The notes under the pieces were generated by a model. That model was not told the DNA's origin, did not search any database, and saw nothing but the letters and a program-made list of their open reading frames with translations. From Candidatus Hydrogenedentota bacterium (GTDB lineage: Bacteria > Hydrogenedentota > Hydrogenedentia > Hydrogenedentales > SLHB01), in assembly GCA_963674865.2 (NCBI GenBank), contig CAXXYE010000003.1, positions 256,001 to 320,000 of the forward strand: a DNA stretch of 64,000 bases, written 5' to 3'. Numbering within the stretch: position 1 is the stretch's first letter; every line of letters starts with the position of its first letter. Shown here in pieces: positions 40,188 to 50,065 of the stretch. Made by a program: the position numbers and the translations under genes.

Positions 40188-40451
40188 AATGATGTTTCTA
40201 CGCATTGTTATCATGTGCGCTATGGTCGATCGTCCGTGATTTGGGCAGGACAACTACACCTCTCGCGTTTCCTGCAATATACGCCTCCGAAGACATGATA
40301 GGTGAGGCGGGTGGGATGCGCCAAACGTTGCGGCCGGCGATATCAAGTCGTTAACATGACAACACGTTTGAGAGTCTCCGAGCGTACATTGCCGCGTTGG
40401 CGGACACGGCTTCAACAGGCGTACGGAGTGCACACTTCGGGAGGAATTCGT

Positions 40452-43400
40452 GTGGCACGAAAGACTGCACGGAGCTTCGGCATAGGCGGGGTGGCCTTAG
40501 TCCTTTTCTTACTCGGCCCCGTTGTCGCCTATCCGGCCGAGACGCCTCTGCCCGAGGCCACGGCGCGGCAGTCCGTCCTCATTCTGAATTCCTATCACAG
40601 GGGCCTTCAGTGGTCGGATGACATTGTCCGAGGGATTGAGGCCGCCCTGCCCGCCGAAGTGGATCTCACTGTTGAGTACATGGACACGAAGGTTTACGCG
40701 ACGCCGGAGTACTTTCGCCTCCTTGGCACTCTTTACGCCCACAAGTATAGGCGTCGCCGATTCGACTGCATCGTTTCCACGGATGATAATGCTTTTCAGT
40801 TCCTCCTTGAGCACCGCGACACTCTTTTTCCCGATACGCCCGTCGTCTTTTGCGGCGTAAATGATTTCAGCGACAATATGCTTGTTGGGCACCAGGATTT
40901 CACCGGCTTGGTGGAGACGCTGGACATTCGCGATAGCATCGAGGTGGGCCTCCGGCTCCGGCCCCGTGCGAAGCATGTGTTGCTGGTCACGGACAACACG
41001 GTGAGTGGCCGGAGCAACCGGCGCTATCTTGAGGCGCTTGCCCGGGCGGCAACCATACCGGCTGAACTCGTCTTTCTCGACGAGGGTGAAGGATTGGATG
41101 TTCCGGAGCTTCTGCACAAACTCGAAGCGGCGCCGCGCGACAGCATTGTCTACTACTGCGACCTCTTCCGGGACAAGCACGGAGCCCTTGTACGACATGA
41201 GCGGACGCTGCCTCTCCTGAGCTACCGAGGCGGACTGCCGATCTTTAGCCAGTCCAGCATCTATCTTGGGCACGGTATCGTGGGCGGTAAGCTCATCAGC
41301 GGCTACTACCAGGGCGAAATGGCCGGGGGTATGGCTGCGCGGATCCTAGGCGGCGAGCCCGCCTCCGAGATACCCATACAGCGCAGAGAAGCAAACAAGT
41401 ACATGTTCGATTACCGCAAACTCCAGCGATGGGGCATTCCGCTTTCTGCTATTCCCAAGGAGAGCATCGTCGTCAATGAACCCACCTCCCTTTACCACAC
41501 CCACCGCGGCGCCATCTGGGCCACTGCGGCGTTTCTGTTGTTGCAGTCTATCGTTATCGTCGGACTTGTCCTGAGTGTGGTGCTGCGGCGCCGCGCGGAG
41601 CGAGAGCTGCGCGAGAACCGGCGCCGGCTGGCCACGCTCATGAGTAATCTTCCCGGAATGGCGTACCGCTGCCGCGATGATCCCGATTGGACGATGGAGT
41701 TTGTCAGTGAAGGGTGTTTGGCACTTACCGGATATCAAGCGCCTGATCTCATAGGCAGTCGGCGCATTTCCTACGCGGAGGTAATTCACCCCGATGACAG
41801 GGAGCGTGTGTCCCAAGAGGCCCGAGCGGCTATCGACGCCCGGGAGCCCTTCACCCTCGTCTATAGGATCGTCACCGCAGCCAGCGAAGAGCGCCACGTT
41901 TGGGAGCAGGGGCGCGCCGTAACATCATCCGCCGGTGAGGTCCTTGCGCTTGAGGGATTCATTATTGACATCAGCGAGCGGGCAGTGGCCGAGCGCAGGA
42001 TCCGCGAAAGCGAGAGGCGCGTGCGGACCATCCTTGAGACGGCAAAAGAAGGCTATGTCGAGATCAGTCCTGGCTGGGATATACGCGTTGTAAATCCGGA
42101 GATGTGCGCGATTCTCGGGCGTGAGGCGTCTGGTATTGTCGGCCACCGCCTCCATGAGTTTGCCGACGCACGAAGCCGTGAAGCCCTCCTCCGCGAAGAA
42201 GAGGAGAGCATCGGCGTGCAGCGAGGCACGTATGAGGTGACCTTCCAGCGTCCGGACAAGACGAAGGTCCCCTGCCTCATCAATGCTACGCCGCTCTTTG
42301 ATGACGCCGGGCAGCCGCAGGGGGCGTTCGGCATGGTGTCTGATGTTACAGGCCTTAAGCAGGCGCAAGAAAGGCTCGGGCTCTTTGTTACGCACGCCCC
42401 GGCGGCTATGGCCATGTTCGACAGAGAGATGAGGTATCTTGTCGTCAGCCAGCGCTGGCGCGAGATGTACGATCTTGGCGAGACGCCGCTCATCGGCAAG
42501 TCACATTACGACATGTTCCCGGAACTTCCCGACAGGCACCGCAGTGACTGCCTGCGGGCGTTGGGGGGTGAAGTCGTCACGTGCGAAGAGGAGCCCTATC
42601 GCAAGAAGAGCGGGGCGATGGAGTGGATTCGCTGGGAGATTCATCCTTGGCACGACGATACAGACGATATCGCCGGCGTCATCATGATCCATGAGGTCAT
42701 CACCCAACGCAGGCGGGCCGAGGCAGAGCGCCGCAAATTGGAGACCCAGATTCAACAGGCGCAGAAGCTCGAGAGTCTGGGCGTCCTGGCGGGAGGCATT
42801 GCCCACGACTTCAACAATTTGCTCATGGGCATCCTCGGCAACGCCAGCTTTGCCTTGGAAGATCTTTCTCGGGACTCGCCACTCTACGAAAGCGTCGAAG
42901 AGATCGAGCAGGCTGGGCGGCGGGCGGCCGACCTTACACAACAACTTCTAGCTTACTCAGGCAAGGGACGCTTCATCGTCGAGGTCGTCGATCTAAACGA
43001 AGTGGTTCAGGAAATGGCCCACTTGCTGCGTGTTCCTATCGGGACAAAGAGCCAGTTGCAGTGTGATTTTTCCGACGAAGGCGTGTACATCAAGGCGGAC
43101 GCAACGCAGATCCGCCAAGTGGTAATGAATCTGATCACGAACGCCTCCGAAGCCCAGGATAACAGGCCCGGCGTCATCACCGTGACCACGGGCGCGGTCG
43201 AGTGCGATCGGGACTACCTGGCGGACACGCTTGTGGGTGAGGACTTGGTTGAGGGCCGGTACGCCTTTATCGAGGTCCGCGATACAGGATGTGGCATGGA
43301 CGAGACTACGCTCGATAGGATTTTCGACCCGTTCTTCACCACCAAGTTCGCGGGGCGAGGGCTCGGTTTGGCCGCTGTCTTGGGCATTGTGCGAGGGCAC

Positions 43401-43898
43401 CACGGCGCCCTGAAGGTTCGTACCAAGATCGGGGAAGGTACGACCTTCACGGTGCTATTCCCCACGTCCGAATGCGCAGAGCAGCTCGCCGACTATGATC
43501 TAGAAGAAGAGGACGAATGGCGGGGGAGTGGCCTCGTTCTAGTTGCCGACGATGAGCCGTCCGTCTTGTCACTGGCCCGGCGTGTCCTGGAGCGGCGGGG
43601 GCTTACCGTCCTGGCTGCCACGGACGGGCGCCAAGCCGTCGACCTGTTTCGCGGGCATGCCGATGAGATAGTGGCGGTGCTCTTGGACATGACTATGCCT
43701 CACCTCAGCGGCGAGGAAGCCTTTCGGGAAATCCGCGCGATCCGCCCCGATACATGTGTAATTCTCTCGAGCGGCTATAGTGAGCAGGAGGCAGTGCATC
43801 GCTTCGATGGAAAGGCTCTGGACGGATTCATCCAGAAGCCTTACCGCCCCCGTGACCTCATTGCGAAGTTCCGCACCCTCCTCGATAACCAAATCTAG
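40452..43898 (+). CDS. Membrane hybrid sensor kinase (ABC substrate-binding-like sensor, PASx3, HisKA, HATPase, REC)
   Basis: VLILNSYH periplasmic domain; TM; PAS repeats; [20 protein letters not shown]-terminal receiver. GTG start after GGAGG (the track start is 40302). Confidence 0.93.
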   Translation: MARKTARSFGIGGVALVLFLLGPVVAYPAETPLPEATARQSVLILNSYHRGLQWSDDIVRGIEAALPAEVDLTVEYMDTKVYATPEYFRLLGTLYAHKYRRRRFDCIVSTDDNAFQFLLEHRDTLFPDTPVVFCGVNDFSDNMLVGHQDFTGLVETLDIRDSIEVGLRLRPRAKHVLLVTDNTVSGRSNRRYLEALARAATIPAELVFLDEGEGLDVPELLHKLEAAPRDSIVYYCDLFRDKHGALVRHERTLPLLSYRGGLPIFSQSSIYLGHGIVGGKLISGYYQGEMAGGMAARILGGEPASEIPIQRREANKYMFDYRKLQRWGIPLSAIPKESIVVNEPTSLYHTHRGAIWATAAFLLLQSIVIVGLVLSVVLRRRAERELRENRRRLATLMSNLPGMAYRCRDDPDWTMEFVSEGCLALTGYQAPDLIGSRRISYAEVIHPDDRERVSQEARAAIDAREPFTLVYRIVTAASEERHVWEQGRAVTSSAGEVLALEGFIIDISERAVAERRIRESERRVRTILETAKEGYVEISPGWDIRVVNPEMCAILGREASGIVGHRLHEFADARSREALLREEEESIGVQRGTYEVTFQRPDKTKVPCLINATPLFDDAGQPQGAFGMVSDVTGLKQAQERLGLFVTHAPAAMAMFDREMRYLVVSQRWREMYDLGETPLIGKSHYDMFPELPDRHRSDCLRALGGEVVTCEEEPYRKKSGAMEWIRWEIHPWHDDTDDIAGVIMIHEVITQRRRAEAERRKLETQIQQAQKLESLGVLAGGIAHDFNNLLMGILGNASFALEDLSRDSPLYESVEEIEQAGRRAADLTQQLLAYSGKGRFIVEVVDLNEVVQEMAHLLRVPIGTKSQLQCDFSDEGVYIKADATQIRQVVMNLITNASEAQDNRPGVITVTTGAVECDRDYLADTLVGEDLVEGRYAFIEVRDTGCGMDETTLDRIFDPFFTTKFAGRGLGLAAVLGIVRGHHGALKVRTKIGEGTTFTVLFPTSECAEQLADYDLEEEDEWRGSGLVLVADDEPSVLSLARRVLERRGLTVLAATDGRQAVDLFRGHADEIVAVLLDMTMPHLSGEEAFREIRAIRPDTCVILSSGYSEQEAVHRFDGKALDGFIQKPYRPRDLIAKFRTLLDNQI

Positions 43899-43952
43899 AG
43901 TTCGCCCATCGTGGACTTACCGACGTCCGGGAATGGGCGAGGCTCGGGCGTG

Positions 43953-44723
43953 CTATTCGACAGAAACCAAAGGCCGCACCGCTTCGAGCTTCTTCGGCCC
44001 GATGCCATGAACCTTGGTGAGGTCGTCCACTGTCTGAAATGGGCGCCGGGCACGATACTCGATAATCCTTTGTGCCGTGATCGGCCCGATGCCGGGCAGT
44101 GCCTCCAGTTGTTCTGCCGTGGCAAGGTTCAGATTAAGCAGGCCTGCGCGTTTCCTTGGCGCCGCATGTGTGGCGCCGGCTGTTTGGGCGGATACTTCTG
44201 AGGCTGTCTGTCTCCCCGATAAGGTGTACTCGCGTCGATTCTGTGCGCTGCTCAGTTGCGATTGGCGTCCCACCAGTTTTCCTTGCTCAATCGTCACCCG
44301 CCGGGCAGCGGGCACCGTCAATGTCGTCGCATCGATGAGTTGAGCTGCCAGGTTGATATCGTGAAGGTTGGCCTCCGGCAGAGCGCCCCCGGCCGCCTCC
44401 AAGAGGTCTCGAACGCGCGCGTCGGCGCCGAAATCATACACGCCCGGTTCGTGTACGGCGCCGCGCACGCTCACCATGATGCGGCGGTCGTCCTGCTCCG
44501 GCAAGGCTTCAAGCAGCACTGGTCCAGGCAGGGCAGCAGGCGCAGCCGCAAGAGGCTCCGCCGGTGGCCTGCTTTCCTGAACCGACTCCGTTTGGATAGG
44601 CGGCGCCGCTTCCCGTGGCTGTTGCTGGTCGTGCATATACAACGCTACGGCGCCGAGGCAGATCGCCGATCCGACGGCAAGAAGAAGAAACTGCTCTCGC
44701 CTCGTCATCAACTGACTGAGCAT
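43953..44723 (-). CDS. comEA: ComEA family DNA-binding protein
   Basis: N-terminal TM; SLBB-like VRGAVHEPGVY; HhH motifs LNLATAEQLEALPGIGP and VHGIGPK. Confidence 0.88.
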   Translation of the reverse strand: MLSQLMTRREQFLLLAVGSAICLGAVALYMHDQQQPREAAPPIQTESVQESRPPAEPLAAAPAALPGPVLLEALPEQDDRRIMVSVRGAVHEPGVYDFGADARVRDLLEAAGGALPEANLHDINLAAQLIDATTLTVPAARRVTIEQGKLVGRQSQLSSAQNRREYTLSGRQTASEVSAQTAGATHAAPRKRAGLLNLNLATAEQLEALPGIGPITAQRIIEYRARRPFQTVDDLTKVHGIGPKKLEAVRPLVSVE

Positions 44724-44844
44724 CGCCCCATTCCCCGGTAGTATCCGGCCCTGTTTTCTCGCGACTACTCTACACCAGGAGGGTTTTGTGCGTCCATTGC
44801 TTACTGTCCAGAGGGAGTGCGGCGCTTGCTTCTGAGTTCCGGTA

Positions 44845-46530
44845 CTACGGCGAGGGAGTCGTCGGGGCGTCTAGTACGCCCTGATAGAGGGCCTCAGGAT
44901 ACGAAGTGAAATCCGCACGCGCTCTCGATATAAACTGCTCGAACGCAGAACGCCAAGGCACGCCTGCGGGTGCCGGGGCTTCATGAGGCGAGGTGAGCAA
45001 GGCCCGCACGTCAGTCACGATCCTGCCGCGGAGGTCTCCGCCGAAACGAGCGTCCAGCGGCGAAAGGGCGGCGAGGAGCTGTGTCTGCATCCACATGCTT
45101 TCCTCGGCGCCCAGGACTTTCTGCTCGGCGCCGTACCGAATATCGAGAAAGAGGAAATAGAACAGCCAGAGAAGATCGATGTATAGACATGCGTGGTGGC
45201 CAGTGCCAAAATCCTCCTGAATCCTGGCCTGGGCGAATTCGCGGTGCTCCTCCAGCTTGGCCACGATTCCGGCGGCGGTGTCATAGACGCCGGACTCTTG
45301 ACGCGACCAGAACGAAAAGTTCCAGGCGGTTCGCAATACCGACGCGGTTGTGTCGCGCTTGTGGTGATGAGCTACGGCGCATGGCTCGAAGGCATAATGG
45401 AAGCCTCTTGCTTTCAGTTCATAGCAGAGGCTGACATCTTCCTTATTGGTTCGATACTTCTCATTGTACATCCCCGCATCGAGTACGGCCTGACTGCGAA
45501 GTAGCGTATTGCTCCCGGTAATGAAGAAGTAAGGGAGAGGGTCCTCGATTGCCGGTTCGAAGCAATGAGCGGGGGCCATGTAGATCCGGGCGGCGCCTTG
45601 ATCTTGGGACAGGTGCCGGCTCCGCCAGAAGTCGGCGGGGGTGTCTCGATAGGCTTCGATCAATCGCCCCCCAACGCCGGCCAACTGAGGAGATGCGTTC
45701 TCGAAAGGCATCATGGCGGACTGGACATAGTCAGGGGCCGCCGCGACATCCGCGTCCACCGAGGCGACGAAGGGCGCCTCGATAGCTCGAAAGGCCGTGT
45801 TGCGCGCTGCTGCAAGGCCCTTGTTCTCGCTCTTACGGATCAGGCGTACGGGATACGCCGCCGCAATGGCGGCGGACTCGTCCGTGCTGCCGTCGTCGAC
45901 GATGACGATCCTGTTGAGCGGCTGACTTTGGCCTAGGAGCGCGTCAAGCGTGGCTTCCAGACGCTCCTGGGCGTTGTAGACAGGGGCGTATGCGCTCACG
46001 CTCGCCGCCATGGGGAGAACGTCAAGGTACAGATGCACTGCCGGCGGAGTCCCGTGCTCGAGATGCGCCTCCAAGCAAGTCATATCCATCTGATAGGGAT
46101 TCAGTCTCAGCGATTGGCTTATGACCCGCCGCGCAAGGTCCGGCTCCCGAGCGTGGGCGAGGTATTTCGCCGTGAGGTTCAGGCAGACGGTGTCGAACTT
46201 GTCATGCGCCAACGCCGATTTCGCGACGCGCAAGGCATTTGTCACATCATTTCGACTCAGGAGAAACTTGGTGAACGTGTAGCGTTCCCAGACGCCCCAG
46301 AGATCATCCGCCCGTTCAAGTAGGTGGGGCCACGCGTTTGGCTCGAAGGCCAAGGTGAGGACGGCCGATGCCAACTCCGCTTCCGTATCGACGCCCTCAG
46401 CGCGCGCAGCTGTCGCGCGGAGTGATGCGATGTCGCGTGAGGCGGCCAGATAGTAGAGAAGTTCCCTGTAACGCCCGTGCTTGGCAGCGCGTCTTTCCAG
46501 CCGCTCGCGTTGTATCCCGCCGAGGTCCAT
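44845..46530 (-). CDS. TPR-like domain fused to a GT2 glycosyltransferase
   Basis: Helical N-terminus; PVYNA, VDDGSTD, NKGLAAARN, DAD and EDV. Confidence 0.85.
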   Translation of the reverse strand: MDLGGIQRERLERRAAKHGRYRELLYYLAASRDIASLRATAARAEGVDTEAELASAVLTLAFEPNAWPHLLERADDLWGVWERYTFTKFLLSRNDVTNALRVAKSALAHDKFDTVCLNLTAKYLAHAREPDLARRVISQSLRLNPYQMDMTCLEAHLEHGTPPAVHLYLDVLPMAASVSAYAPVYNAQERLEATLDALLGQSQPLNRIVIVDDGSTDESAAIAAAYPVRLIRKSENKGLAAARNTAFRAIEAPFVASVDADVAAAPDYVQSAMMPFENASPQLAGVGGRLIEAYRDTPADFWRSRHLSQDQGAARIYMAPAHCFEPAIEDPLPYFFITGSNTLLRSQAVLDAGMYNEKYRTNKEDVSLCYELKARGFHYAFEPCAVAHHHKRDTTASVLRTAWNFSFWSRQESGVYDTAAGIVAKLEEHREFAQARIQEDFGTGHHACLYIDLLWLFYFLFLDIRYGAEQKVLGAEESMWMQTQLLAALSPLDARFGGDLRGRIVTDVRALLTSPHEAPAPAGVPWRSAFEQFISRARADFTSYPEALYQGVLDAPTTPSP

Positions 46531-46650
46531 ATCAACATCCCGCGCGGCGCTTGACGGAGTTGACGCTGGGACGTCACGATGCCGCGCCCCGTCTCCGGGA
46601 GCTAGAAGAAACTGCTTGTCAGGCGGCCTCAGTACGTGCCTGGGCCGTTC

Positions 46651-47664
46651 CTAGCGCGGCAGAGGCAGCTCGACGATGCGCTTCTCTCGTGCGCTCAGGT
46701 AGGCGGCCTGGGCCACTTCGACGGCTTGCATGCCCTGCTCTCCGGGGATGGTGATGTCATGCTCACCCAGGCAGGCTTCGATGAACTCGCGCACCTCCCT
46801 ATCCACCCCGGGCTCATAGTCCTTGCCGATATCGTCGAACGGGATGACCTCCTTCTCCTCATCCTTTCGGGCAATGCGCGCTTCGCGTGCAACGTTGTCG
46901 TAGTAGATCGTGCCTTGCTCGCAGTAGACCTCACCTGTGTTTCTTCCGTGGAAGTCGCATGCGCCCGAATTGATGCTGCCCATAGAGCCATCGGCGAAGG
47001 ATATCTGGGCGGTGATGTTGTCCTCGAAATCGAGGGCGTCGTTGATGTAGTTCGCGCCGAGGGCCATGACGGCAACGGGCCGGCCCAACAGGCAGAGCAG
47101 CAGGTCAATTTCGTGGACGGAAACCTCGAAGAGTGAGCCGCCGCAGGTTTCGCGGTTGAGGCGCCATGAGCCTCGCCAAGCGCCCCAAGGGCCGCCATTT
47201 CGGATGATGCGGGCTGCGAAGGGCTTGCCCAATTCTCCCGAACGGACCTTGTCGAGAGCGAAGCGATAGACGTGCAGGTAGCGCAGGACCTGGCCTATCA
47301 TCAGGCCCTTCCCGGCAGCCTTCGCCGCCGCGAGCATGGCCTCGCATTGCGACACGTCGAGCGCCATGGGTTTCTCGCAGAAGGTGTGACAGCCCGCTTG
47401 AAGCGCGGCTATGCTCAACTCGGGGTGGGCATATTGCGGCGCCGCGACCACAACGCCGTCCAACTCGCCCGCCGACAGAAGCTTGTCATGGCGATCGAAT
47501 GTCGGGACGCCATCGCCCGCAACATCGCTAGCCTTGGCGAGGGCCTCCGGATCGATATCGCAGAGTGCGGTTACCTCGGCCTTCGGATTCGCTACGGCCG
47601 CCTTGAGAAGCGTGCGGCCCATGTCGCCCACGCCGATGAAGCCAATACGTGCTTTCTTTCCCAT
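46651..47664 (-). CDS. Gfo/Idh/MocA family oxidoreductase
   Basis: IGFIGVGDMG, CEKPMA and HEID. Confidence 0.92.
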   Translation of the reverse strand: MGKKARIGFIGVGDMGRTLLKAAVANPKAEVTALCDIDPEALAKASDVAGDGVPTFDRHDKLLSAGELDGVVVAAPQYAHPELSIAALQAGCHTFCEKPMALDVSQCEAMLAAAKAAGKGLMIGQVLRYLHVYRFALDKVRSGELGKPFAARIIRNGGPWGAWRGSWRLNRETCGGSLFEVSVHEIDLLLCLLGRPVAVMALGANYINDALDFEDNITAQISFADGSMGSINSGACDFHGRNTGEVYCEQGTIYYDNVAREARIARKDEEKEVIPFDDIGKDYEPGVDREVREFIEACLGEHDITIPGEQGMQAVEVAQAAYLSAREKRIVELPLPR

Positions 47665-47784
47665 TGTCCCCTCCACTCTCGTTGTATCGCACGGCGGATG
47701 GCGAATGATGGAGGATGAGGCCCCGCCAGATCAAACCGAAGGCAATTCTTCTGCGGCCTGAGAAGATCGGGAAATGCGAGGGGA

Positions 47785-48705
47785 TCACGGGAGATTGGAC
47801 TGGAGGCGTCCGGCCAGTGTTTCGCCGCGTGCAGAGTCACTGATACTGACCGCGCCAAGTACGTAGCGCCCGACCTGCCGCATAATTGTCCCCTTGTAAA
47901 GGGGATCCTGTGCAAGAAGGGTTCGGTATCCGGAGGATGTGTCCTCTCGCAGCGTTTTGTCGGCGTTGTATTCCTTGAGATACGCTATGTAGTCATCCAA
48001 TCCGGCGCCGGCGGCTGCCTGATCAACAAATATCGCTACGAAGACACGCGCCGATTCCCCTTCCGCCTCGAAATTCGCGACAAGGCCCCGTCGCAGAAAG
48101 GCGTAGCCAAGCAAGCTTTCCCCGATGTACCTCACGCTGCCGGGATCGACCCCCTCGAAGCTCAGGATGCCAAGTTCCTCGGGCGGCGTCTTATTGCCTG
48201 GCAGCCGTGCGGCGATTGCGGCTGCGCATGACAACAAGTCTGTCTGTATTTCGTCAGCGTCCCCAAGGCCGTTGAGTCGTACGAAATACGTGTCCTGATA
48301 GAACACGAGTTGGTGGTCGCTCAAGACGCCCTCGCTGCCGACGGATACGCGCTCGGCGCTGGGCGCGCGGTAGTTGGAATAGATCCCGAATGCGTCCAGG
48401 CGCGAGCCCATCCGGTAGACGCCGGCGTCAATGGTGGTGCCGGGAGCGTCCGTCCGGCCATAGGTGATGGCTGCCGCCTCCTGAAAGCCGTAGGGGAAAT
48501 AGAGCTCGGCCTCGCCGTCAATGTAGTCGAAGAGTGTGTCCGCGTCGTACACCTGCACTTCGGCCGTGTTCTGCCAACTCTCCTGGAATCCCTGCGCCGG
48601 CAGGACCTGCCCCGCAGGCACCGGGCCTCTCGTGGTCGAGCAGGCCGCGATCACGAGCGCGAAGCACGTGGCGACCACAAATATCGGGACAAGACAGCGG
48701 TACAT
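47785..48705 (-). CDS. DUF6599-like lipoprotein
   Basis: Lipobox IAAC; TLFDYIDGEAELYFPYGF and DAFGIYS. Confidence 0.75.
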   Translation of the reverse strand: MYRCLVPIFVVATCFALVIAACSTTRGPVPAGQVLPAQGFQESWQNTAEVQVYDADTLFDYIDGEAELYFPYGFQEAAAITYGRTDAPGTTIDAGVYRMGSRLDAFGIYSNYRAPSAERVSVGSEGVLSDHQLVFYQDTYFVRLNGLGDADEIQTDLLSCAAAIAARLPGNKTPPEELGILSFEGVDPGSVRYIGESLLGYAFLRRGLVANFEAEGESARVFVAIFVDQAAAGAGLDDYIAYLKEYNADKTLREDTSSGYRTLLAQDPLYKGTIMRQVGRYVLGAVSISDSARGETLAGRLQSNLP

Positions 48706-48744
48706 GCCTAATTCTCACCTGTCCAAGGTCGGAATCCGAGGGCG

Positions 48745-49932
48745 CTACGCGAACGCCGCCCGGGCCGCCCCCATCCGCTCTTCGATGTTAACACCATACG
48801 GGCAGCGAGCCACACACGCGGCGCAATCCCCGCACGCAGCGGCCGTATGCGCCCTGGGGATCGAGCCGTACGTATTGCGCGCCAGCTCCATGTCTTTGTA
48901 GCCTTCGGCGTACATCAGACTACGATTGATCGTGCAGATATCCACGGCGTTGGGACACAACTCCCCGCAGCTATCGCAGCCGCGGCAATAGTAGGGCCTT
49001 ATGGCGTCGCGATAGCGGCTGAGCACTTGCTCCTCCGTCCGCGACAAAGGCATTCCCATAACCTCGGTATCTTCCATCACCTGCTGAAGATCGATCATTG
49101 CCGGCACGGCGCACGTGATGTTTGGATTTTGCAAAACCCACTTCAGCGCGGCCTGATGAGGACTGATGTCGCCAAGCTCTTTGGTGGCATACCCGCCTGC
49201 CTGTGTCTTCATGGCCACGACGCCCAGATTTGCCTTGGCGGCCCGCTCAATGGCGGCCGCCAGATCCTTCACCTTATCGCCACGAAGCTCGGGCGACTGA
49301 TCGCACGTGAAGTTGTACGTAACCAACACCATGTCGTAGAACTTGTCGGGATCGGCAAGCATCGTGTCGATGACGCCGATCATGTCCTTATGGGTGGTGA
49401 TGCCCGTGAATCGGATCTTGCCCTGTTCGCGCAGGAGTGCCAGGGCCTCTTTGGACTCCTCGTGGAGGACTTCCTCCTTCGCGGGTTTGTGCATCTGAAG
49501 CACGTCGATATGATCGGTTTGGAGGGCTTTGAGGCTTTCCTCCACCGACTTCACAATTTCCTCTTTAGGGCCGGGCTTGTGGAACTTCGTGGCCACAATG
49601 ACCTTATCCCGGTATCCTTTGAGCGCTTTTCCGACGATGTTTTCATTCTCGCCACCCATATAGCATCGCGCTGTGTCAATGTAGTTGACGCCGCGCTCAA
49701 AGGCGGCCTGCATGACGGCAGGTTCGGAAGTGCGCATCGCCCCCATGCCTACCATAGCCACCTTGAGCCCGGTGCGGCCTAAGGTTCGCTGCGGCGGCTT
49801 GTCCGTGGCGCCGGCCGGGCTCGAAGGCTCTTCAGCCGTGGAACGGCCGGTTACGGCCGCTGCTGCTCCGAACGTGCCCAGCTTGAGAAAAGTGCGCCGG
49901 CCCAGTTTGCTCCGATGGGTTGCATCATCCAT
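48745..49932 (-). CDS. Aldo/keto reductase with a C-terminal 4Fe-4S dicluster and a Tat-like signal
   Basis: GRRTFLK; RTLGRTG, GVNYIDTARCY and AMKT; CRGCDSCGELCP and CGDCAACVARCP. Confidence 0.9.
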   Translation of the reverse strand: MDDATHRSKLGRRTFLKLGTFGAAAAVTGRSTAEEPSSPAGATDKPPQRTLGRTGLKVAMVGMGAMRTSEPAVMQAAFERGVNYIDTARCYMGGENENIVGKALKGYRDKVIVATKFHKPGPKEEIVKSVEESLKALQTDHIDVLQMHKPAKEEVLHEESKEALALLREQGKIRFTGITTHKDMIGVIDTMLADPDKFYDMVLVTYNFTCDQSPELRGDKVKDLAAAIERAAKANLGVVAMKTQAGGYATKELGDISPHQAALKWVLQNPNITCAVPAMIDLQQVMEDTEVMGMPLSRTEEQVLSRYRDAIRPYYCRGCDSCGELCPNAVDICTINRSLMYAEGYKDMELARNTYGSIPRAHTAAACGDCAACVARCPYGVNIEERMGAARAAFA

Positions 49933-50065
49933 TGCAGCTTGCCCTCACGGTGAAATCTTGTCTTGCAGCCTGGGGCCTCGAACATGCGATAGCCTGCTCG
50001 TCGCAAACGAGGCGTAAACATTCTATCGGAAGTGGCGTTCCTTGGCAAGCGCCGGACACTTTGTC

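Noticed and set aside
40453..40469. TGGCACGAAAGACTGCA as a sigma54 promoter
   Set aside because: GG-to-GC spacing is 11 rather than 10, and it overlaps the likely start codon.
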